Source: Eledone cirrhosa (lineage: Eukaryota). From it: a stretch of DNA of 64,000 nucleotides. Below are positions 55,200 through 64,000 of this stretch, one piece after another. The stretch's first letter is position 1; each line of letters begins with the position of its first letter. The notes beneath the pieces were generated by a model. That model did no database searches. It was not told where the DNA came from and worked only from the letters and a program-made list of their open reading frames with translations. The translations under genes were made by a program, and so were the position numbers. The DNA is taken from NCBI GenBank assembly GCA_964016885.1, contig OZ024740.1, positions 191,146,001 through 191,210,000 of the forward strand. Direction: 5' to 3'.

Positions 55200-56700
55200 A
55201 TATACCTGTTTTATCTTTTCCCGCCTTCCAACACCACCATTGTCTATGAGGAACACGTTTCCTCGTCTATACGCCTTCTCATCACATCCTCACTCCAACT
55301 AACATGGCGTACAGGACTTATTGTTTACACCTCACACAATACATGAATCACTTCTCTTCTAATCTGGCCCACCTGGTCTCATCATACGGGATGTTAAGTC
55401 CCTCTATACTGTTATCAGCCGAGTTCATTTTTCCTCTCCCCCAACATTTCCTCGGTATTTGGCCGTCACCTCAAGTCTTCACATCCAGCCTTATCCGTCT
55501 GACCGAGCTGGTCCTCTACCAGAAATGTTTGTCTTTCACGAGTGAGATAAACCAAAAAAAGACATGGGGTTGTCATGGGCCTAACAATGATCCCCAGCTG
55601 CATCAACTTATTTGCCGGCTATTTTCCGGCCCAAAACCTTCTGAGCTCTACATACTTTCCCTTGACGACTGCATTGGTGACACGTCAATACCCCGCGTAC
55701 AGTTTGACTCCTTCCTCTTGTTCTGTTCGTTCCGCCAAGCCCTTGCTTCCACCACCTCCATCGCCACCACTTCCGTCTACTTCCTGGATATCTCTGTTTC
55801 ATTCGACGATTCCAATCGCATTCTCGTCACGTCTGCCATTTTTCAGCCTACTGACTCTCACTCCTACCCCGAGTTCCACCTTCTATCATTCCACCCACAA
55901 TAACACTCCATCTCCTACTCCCAATTCCTTTTTCCCCGCCGTGTGTGCGGTCGATCCCATGTTTTTGTCGCTCGGAATTCATGGACAGACTCTTTAGCCG
56001 GCAAGTTTACTCCTTTAGGCTAATAGAAGTCACCCTAATCAGAGCAATGGATTCGTCTGAACCTCTGCGTTTACACCACCCCAAACACCTGACTATCATT
56101 TCCTTTCACCTACCACATTTACAGTATGCCACTGTATCAGAAAATTCTCCGCCCCTTCCGCCTCGGCCAGTTCGATCAATCTAGCTCTCACATTCCCCTC
56201 TCACCACTTTTCTCATTTAAACGTGCACGCAACATTATGAAACATTTCGTCCACTTTTTCCTCGCTCCTTCCATCTACTCTCCTGGATCCCTTCCCTGTA
56301 CCCAACAAACCCTACATGTGCAGCTTCATTATCCACACCACCACACTCATCGGGTTAACGGCCGTTTCATTCATAGTAGATGTTAGGTAATTTTTTTTGT
56401 TGCTCTTCGAATAGCCTCATCTATGGGTTCCGGTGCACTATACATGTTGCTATTTACTTTGACTACAGAGGACGACGACTGGCTGAGAAATTCGCTTAAC
56501 ATGTGCGGGACATTAAAGTCGACAACTCGGCTTCGAGTAGTCCGACATTTGCGCTTCAGTCGACTGGGTTCCGGCTCACCACATTGACCGGACGTCCTGA
56601 CGCGCGCTGCCAGTGTGAACAGAGGTTTATTTGTTTTCTCAGTAACTCAACCCCCATAGCATTAATGCAGCCACTTATTTTTTCTTATCTGTCACTGATA
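55200..56700 (+). pseudogene. Decayed Neptune-like PLE RT plus GIY-YIG
   Basis: LIRLTELVL, LDDCIG, FLDISVS, PTDSHSY, ISYSQFL..RRVC, FKRARN, PGSLPC, LIYGFRC, RRLAEKF..HVRDIK, with frameshifts. Confidence 0.85.
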
Positions 56701-57046
56701 CCTCATCATATATCCTCCCTCATCCATGCGTCCTCACTGAAATACTCACATATAGATGCCGTATACTATAACAAAATACACTAAAACATATTTGTAAACA
56801 CACAAGTAGACACACACACATAGACTGGTATGTATACATCATGATCAATACTCCTCTCTTTCAAAATGATACTCCCTTGGCGAAATAACGAATTCATACT
56901 GTGTTGGTTTTCCAATGTTTAGGAATACCAGGTAATGCTTCTTGCGTTTTTGAAACCATAGTATGTAGACGTTTATATGAGTGAGACTTTCCTTCCCTAC
57001 CTTGTCTGGCATATACTCCCGTAAAGCGAGTTGGTTTCACAGTTGG

Positions 57047-57101
<55 letters not shown>

Positions 57102-58482
57102 AGGTGAGTTTTATTGTACCACAATAAAGCAATGCAAATATCGGATAAGTAGCCCTCTACAGTTTGTATACTGGAGTATAAATACTATTCTTAATTCCCT
57201 TTTCTTCATGCATAAACCTCATTAACTTCTAATTTCAAGATCTTTTAAATTATCTATTATCTTCCAACGGCATTTTAATTTTTCTCTGTGAGACAATATA
57301 TATTTTTTTCTCAGTCGTAAAGGCTATCTCTCTCTCTATCACCCATCTCTCCGCCTCTCTCATCCTTCCTTCTTATACTCCTCCCCACCATCCTTTACTC
57401 TCATCTCTTCGTCTTCCTTACTCTCCCCCATCACCTTTTTCCCAATCCCATAGATCAATCTTAATTTATTTTTCACATGTTGATTTAAAACTTCACTATT
57501 CAAAAATGTTTTTTAAGCTTCATATCATATCTCCCTATTTTATCCGATGAGAAAGCAGATATCATCCCATGATAATATTTGTTTTTGAAATGCGCATAAT
57601 AAAATACTTGGAACTCTTTTAACCATCTTTTGATCTTATATTATATATATATATATATATATATTTATTTATTTTGGACGTTTTGGAAGCCTCAACGATG
57701 CAGATGGGTAAATCCCCGGGTAACAGAATCCGGTGGTGAAGAGAGAGATGTAAGGTAATGTAGAATGAGATCTATAGTGTGTAGAGGAACGTAGGAAAGA
57801 GCGTAACAAATAAAAATAACAACACGAGATAGAGTTACCTTGGGGAGGGGGGGTTTAATTGTTCCTATATTTCGGATTCGCATCTATCAAGTGTGGGATT
57901 TTCCGGGGGGAGGGATTATCTGTCGGAGTGGAACGTTACCTGTCCTCTGCTGTCCGCTGTTCGTGACTAACTGAGGTATTGTGTAGAGCGGACGTGCGCG
58001 CGGATAAGGTGCGGTCAAGCAACTGTCGAAACAGTTCTTATTATTATGGGAGTGGGATCGCTAATCCCAATAGTCCATCGGAAAAAAATCGAATTCAAGT
58101 ATGGTGAACATTTTGTTGAACTCCCGGCACATCAAATTATATGTGTTAGTGTAAAGTGTTTATACGTGTGTATTTGTATACAGGTATGTGGTTTCACGTG
58201 CACAGGTTTCTTTACAGATTTTTATGATTAAATAAAAATTCGAGTATGCCAGATATTACATATATTACGAAGGAATGATCAGCAGTCGTTTGAAGGATTG
58301 CCTTTCAAATAAATTCCCAGCTACCCGTATCCTACGTGTAGCATTAACTGGTATTCTGTCATTAGTTGAGAGTAGCAGTGATCGATTGGGTGGGGTTTGC
58401 GTTGTAGATTATCGAGTGGTGTCAGGGTGTAAGCATATTTAAAGAAGGTACTCAATATGTTGGTGTAGTATAAACATATTTA

Positions 58483-61400
58483 TCTATATATATAACACAA
58501 ATAATGTCTGTGTATCTGTTTTCCTAAAACTCGAGAAGTCCCCAACCGTTTTTTTTCAAACTTTACACATGTAATACCTATGTCCCTGTGAGTTGTTTGA
58601 GCAAAAAAGAATTTCAAATGATTTACTCCTAGGGATGGAATTAGTGAAGTGGCCAATGTCTGTACATAATGAGGGAGTGAGAGGGGAGAGAGAAATGGAG
58701 AGGCGAATTTACGAAGTGGCTCTCTATTCCTCCTCCTCTGTCTCCCCATTCGTCACAGCGTTTTTCGATAGAGGGAAGAAATGTGAGTGAGTTATTAAGA
58801 GAAATAGTGAGAGTGAAAGAAACAGACACACTACAAGAGGGGAATAGCGGGAGATAGAGAGAGAGAGAGCGATAGACACTGTGTTTGATACATGAGAGTG
58901 GAAGAGGGGAATGAAAGCTATAACTAATTAACATGAGTGCGTGTGTGTGCGTGCGCGCGTGTGTGTGTTCGTGCAGCGTTCCACTAAGATTAAAATCTAT
59001 TAACATGTGTGTGTACGCGCACACGTGCATGCATGAGTTTGCGATTTTTTTTAGTGACAGCATATTCACTAACTTACACTCATTCCAACCGCTGATCTTA
59101 CGGTTACCCCTCTCCACATCCATACCCTGGTTAAGACGGCGCTCACGGCTTAGCAATTACATAGTCAACCGTTCGAAATTACATGCATTGGTTTTTAATT
59201 CACTGAGGAGTTTACTCCTTACTTTACCAGTGTGTTTCAGTGTACTTCGACCTGCTTTTAGGTCATGCCTCGAAGGAAGAGACACTCCATTGGCCGAAAA
59301 CCTGTGAAAGCAGCAATAACAAGAACAGAGCTGGCAAACGAATCGTCAAGGAATCTGCTATTCGACGGTCGCAAGAGGCTAAACGTGCTGCCACCAGAAG
59401 AGCACTTCAGACAGACAACCAACGAACCATTCGCCGAACCGCTAATGCCGCATCAACTTCTGTTGCACGAGCTGCCGAAACGGAAGACCAGCGTAAAAGA
59501 TGTCGGAGTACGGATGCTGCGCGAGATACACAGACCACGCAAGAACAAGACATTCGACTACAATATAATGCTCAACGAAGGGCCTTTGGACAGGATATTT
59601 CAAAGCCGTGTTGCTCACGATGGTCCTTAAAAGCATTCGAGTAAAACACTGACTTTGATTACAGACATGAGAATTGGAAGTATGTCAAAGAGGTGCTCTT
59701 TCTGCAATGCAAGAAAGTGGCCCGGAGAAACACCTGGCTTGCGTTGCGCAAATAGAACAGTAAAAATACGTCCCCTGGAGGATCCACCACAACCGTTGAA
59801 GCTCCTAAATTCAGGCAGTACTGCGGAGTCACGACATTTCCTGACTTACATCCGGAGGTATAACTGTGCTTTCCAAATGTCATCTTTCGGGGCTAACATT
59901 GTCAAGGAAGGCGGATTTATGACCACATTTAAGGTGGAAGGTCAGGTGTAACATAGAATCGGATCCCCCCAACCTGCCGCCAATCAAGAACCTCAATTTC
60001 TTCAGATGTACTTTTTGGGGAATATCAACGAGCAGGCAGCCAGGAGGAACTCCATTTCACCTGGTCCCAACGTCGAGCTTATAAGGAAACTGCAAGACAT
60101 TCTGCACACAAAATACAGCTATGTAATTAGCTTCAAGTAAGCCTTGGAAACAGATACCACAGCCAATTTTAATGTGGTAATTAATGCCTCGAAAATGCCA
60201 TCTGAGGAGCATCCGGGTCGGTATAATTATCCTGCATGCAATGAAATCGCTGTACTTATGCATGGGGGTCAGCATAATCCACGAGACATTGTCCTCGAGC
60301 GTGGAGATAGCACTCTTCAGCGAATCAGCGAAACACATAGGTCTTACGATGCGCTCCAGTATCCACTTCTCTTTGGAAATGGTGAGGACGGCTATCAGTA
60401 CGGAATTCACCAGCATAATCCAGTAAACACTCAACACTCCGTTAAAAAAACAGTTTCATGCATGGATTTCTACCCCTATCGCTTCATGGTTCGTTACGAT
60501 TCCTTCAATCACCTGCACCAGTCAAGAGACCTACTTTAGCAATTCACCGTTAATATGTGCGCAAACATGGAATCGGGGAGAATGTGTTTCATTCGGTCAC
60601 ACCAACGGCAACTGCGGTCCGTAAACTACATCCATCTCCGAGATGCCATCAACAATGACGCAGCTCCCAGCAGCTTAGGAAAAGTTTGCATTCTCCCCTC
60701 CACCTTCAACGGAGGCTCGCACTACATGCACGAGAGAACGCGGGATGCTATGACCTATGTACGGCATTACGGCAGGCCCGATATGTTCATCACATTCACT
60801 TGCAATACAAAGTGGAAGGAGATCGGGGCAGAACTGTTCCAAGCCTTTCGGCTGAAGCTTATCAGTCTTATGGAGCTAATCAAGAGAGGGCAAGTCTTTG
60901 GCCCAGTAAAGTGCGAAATGTACACCTTAGAGTGGCAGAAGACGGCCCTACCGCACACCCACACCCTCATTTAGCTGTCAACAAAAATATATTCAAATGA
61001 CATTGAGAGCATCATCTCCGCAGAGTTTCCCTATCCGTCTATAGACAAAACCTCTATGACATAGTGAAGACAAACATGGTCCATGGTCCATGTGGGCGGG
61101 GTTTCAATTTAAGCGCATCCTGCTCGAACGACAATGTCTGCAGCAAAAGATTTCCCCGAAAGTTCCTCCAAGAAACCCAGACTGGCGTTGAGGGATACCC
61201 ACGGTACAGGCAACGCCAACCCGAAGACGGTGGTTTTACAGCAACAGTTGTACAGCACGAAGTCGACAACAGCTGGATAGTGCCATACTGCCCATTTCTT
61301 TCCAAGACCTTCGGTGCTAACATCAATGTCGAGTTCTGTAATTCAGTCAAGTCAATCAAGTACATATGTAAATATGTGAATAAGGGTTCAGACGCTGCTA

Positions 61401-63923
61401 TGTTCGGACTTTACCAGGACAACAGCCATGATGAGGTCACGCAATAACAAGTTGGCCGTTACATCAGCAGCAAAGAGGCTTTCTGGCGTATTTTCGGCTT
61501 CCCTACATACAAAAGGCACCCTGCAATTGAACAGCTCGCAGTCCAGCAGGAGACCGCTCAAAGGGTGTACTTCACTGACGTTAATGCTGCTGAAATGCTG
61601 GAGGAACCACGGGAAACCACCCTCACTGCATTCTTCAAACTTTGGCAGGCCGATTCATTTGCCCAAACACTGCTGTATCCTCAGCTGTCGTCCTATTACA
61701 CATGGAATAAACAACATTGGGTTCCAGAAAGGCAGGTCAGCCTGTTGATGGACATCCTCGCATAAAGTTTGACAGTTGCCTAGGGAGCGTTTACACAGTG
61801 CACTCGATCCAGCATGAGTGTTTCTACCTCCGTCTTCTGCTACATGAGGTAAGAGGAACCCAGTCCTTTCATGACCTTAGAACTGCCAACGGTTCCATGT
61901 GCAGCACTTACAGGGAAGCTTTCTTGGAGCGCGGCCTTCTAGAAGACGGTTCGCAGTGGAATGCCACTTTATTCGAAGCTGTTGCATCTCAACCGCCTAT
62001 GCACCTACGAACTATATTTGCATTACTGCTGCAAATTTGCGAACTGAGGGATGCTATCTCTTTGTGGGTCAAGTATAAAGATGACTTATCCGAGGACTAC
62101 AAACGTCAGGCGCAAGTGCAATAGTCTGAGATGGAACGTACCAGCGACGAGGCCTTCAATCTAGCGTTGATTGACATAGAGGATAGAGTTACATCACTCG
62201 GCTGAAATTATTTCCCCTCATATGGTCTGCCCCAAACTATCCGTGCAGGGTCAATCGTACTTCCTACAGCTCTTCTCCGAGAAACGTCCTACGACGTTGA
62301 TGCTCTTACAAGTACGTTCTTGAAACTGAACCACAACTTCTTCCGGACCAACATCGTGCTTACACCATTGTTGATGTTAACAACCAGCATGAGAGTACAA
62401 TTACACGGCGGCCAAACGTCCGCGGAATTTGCACAGGACATTTTGAAACTTGGCGACGGCAAAATAACTCCGGATTTTTGACCTCAGTTAATTCTGCGGT
62501 GGAGCGATAAAGTGTTTCCAGATTTGATAGACAATTACAAGAGCAACGCATTGTTGTGTGAAAGAGCAGTGCTAGCTCCAAAAAGCATCGCTGTTAACAA
62601 AAAAACCAACGACCAACTACTGCACTCCCTTCCTGGTGTTCTTCACACTTACAAATTTGTTGACACGATACCAGAAACCAATGAAATGGTGAACTTTTCG
62701 GCGGAGTTCCCCAATTCCTTGGAGCCCCCAGGACTACCGCTTCACATGCTTCTCCTGAAGGTGTGCACCTCTCTAATACTGCTACGGAATTTGGAACCAC
62801 CAAGACTGTGCAACGGGACAGGGCTGGCTGTAAAATAATTGATGGCACATGTAATCGAGGCAACAATCCTTTCTGGATGCGGAAAAAGGTGATGAGGTCT
62901 TCATTACGAGAATTCCTCTCATTCCCTCGAGAGCTGAAATTCCGTTCACCTTCCGAAGAATCCAATTTCGGCTTCGGGTCAGTTTTGCTATGTCGATAAA
63001 CAAGTCCCAGGCCAGATTCTTTCTGTGGCCGGATTTCTTCTGGAAGAACCGTGTTTCTCCAACGGACAATTGTACGTTGGGTGCTCTAGAGTGGGCAGCA
63101 GGGAAAGTCTTTTTCGCATTTGCACGCCGAAGAAAAACAAGAAGCATCGTTTACAACGAGGTGTTGTAAATGCAACAGCGAGGAGATAGGTCCGTAATCA
63201 CGATTTCTTTAGCCAGCCTGATGAGCTTTGAAACAGTCTCTTAACTAAAACGTATGTTTCCCCCTGTTTAAGATGATCTCCTTTAGAGAAGAACCCAGCT
63301 TGACAATCGGCGCCGCAATTTAAGGTGGATGAACAAATCGTGAACGCATACAAAGTCATTCTAATGGCTGCCAATGAACGCAACTGAAGTCCTTTTTGCG
63401 GCCGTGGAGGACGCAGTCAAAGTCGTTTCAAGGGCCCTTTTTACCGCCGAAATTGTTGATGGTAACCCCTTATTTTTAGGGCTGTCAGTGAACGCACACA
63501 CAACTCTATTTAAGGGGCCCTACTTGAAATTGTTTGTAGACTACCGCAATGGTAAATTCATATCGACAAGCATCCGCTAAAACAGTGTTATAAGCGCTAC
63601 AGTGACCAGATAGGTACGTTATCGCTCTTCTTAACAAGCCCGGTTACCTGTACTTATTTTTCCTAACAACATTTGCTTTCTTTGGTTATAGGTGGACACA
63701 CACACAAACATGTCTTAGCCCCTCCCTCCTCCATGAAATTGGAAATTTATTTTGCTCACAACAATTTTTTTTTTTATGAACTAAGAATTGATTTCATAGT
63801 GTGTCCCAATTGAAGAATAAAGTGAATTTAGAATAACACATTTCTATACAACATATTTTGCTGTTTTCTTCGAATATGTAAGGAACAATTTCATTCCCGT
63901 GCAACGCCGGGTGCCTATGCTAA
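58483..63923 (+). mobile_element. Helitron, decayed autonomous type with both termini
   Basis: 5' A|TCtatatatataa at 58483; 3' hairpin cccgtgcaacgccggg then CTAA|T at 63920-63923; RepHel remnants between. Confidence 0.92.
59265..63169 (+). pseudogene. Helitron RepHel (HUH Rep plus Pif1-family helicase) with stops and frameshifts
   Basis: RYNCAFQMSSFG, YDALQYPLLF, PDMFITFTCN, EWQK..LPHTH, MVHGPCG, GYPRYR, DNSWIVPY, NVE..SIKYICKYVNKG, LLRNL..LCNGT, INKSQGQ, GQLYVGCSRV. Confidence 0.95.
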
Positions 63924-64000
63924 TTATATATAGAAAAGATTTTCAAATGAATAGAACTGTTTCAATTGGATGAAACAGTTCTATGTCTGTAGATATAACA

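Noticed and set aside
63203-63240. CTGATGAgctttGAAAcagTC hammerhead-like string in the Helitron
   Set aside because: No stem I pairing and negligible stems II and III; likely chance

Overview
AT-rich, microsatellite-laden eukaryotic DNA. It is probably from a cephalopod (octopus-like), inferred from the tRNA-derived SINE family. No host protein-coding gene can be called with confidence, and most ORFs in the track are translations of (TA)n/(TG)n. The window is dominated by mobile DNA: at least 7 Penelope-like retroelement (PLE) remnants with RT and/or GIY-YIG endonuclease coding sequence, a decayed full-span Helitron (58483-63923), a 5'-inverted RTE LINE, about 9 copies of one SINE, and many non-coding fold-back or tandem mini-elements. 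The most striking signal is about 25 type-I hammerhead ribozyme (HHR) motifs, some partial or degenerate, from roughly ten unrelated sequence families. Most have a palindromic stem III. Several have variant catalytic cores (U3-A8, U4C, possibly A3-U8), and four families have very long stem II insertions (about 50-105 nt). The HHRs usually sit in paired, outward-pointing inverted arms, one arm carrying an extra tail, and the whole element is embedded in (TA)n. All pairings were read by eye and none is computationally or experimentally validated.
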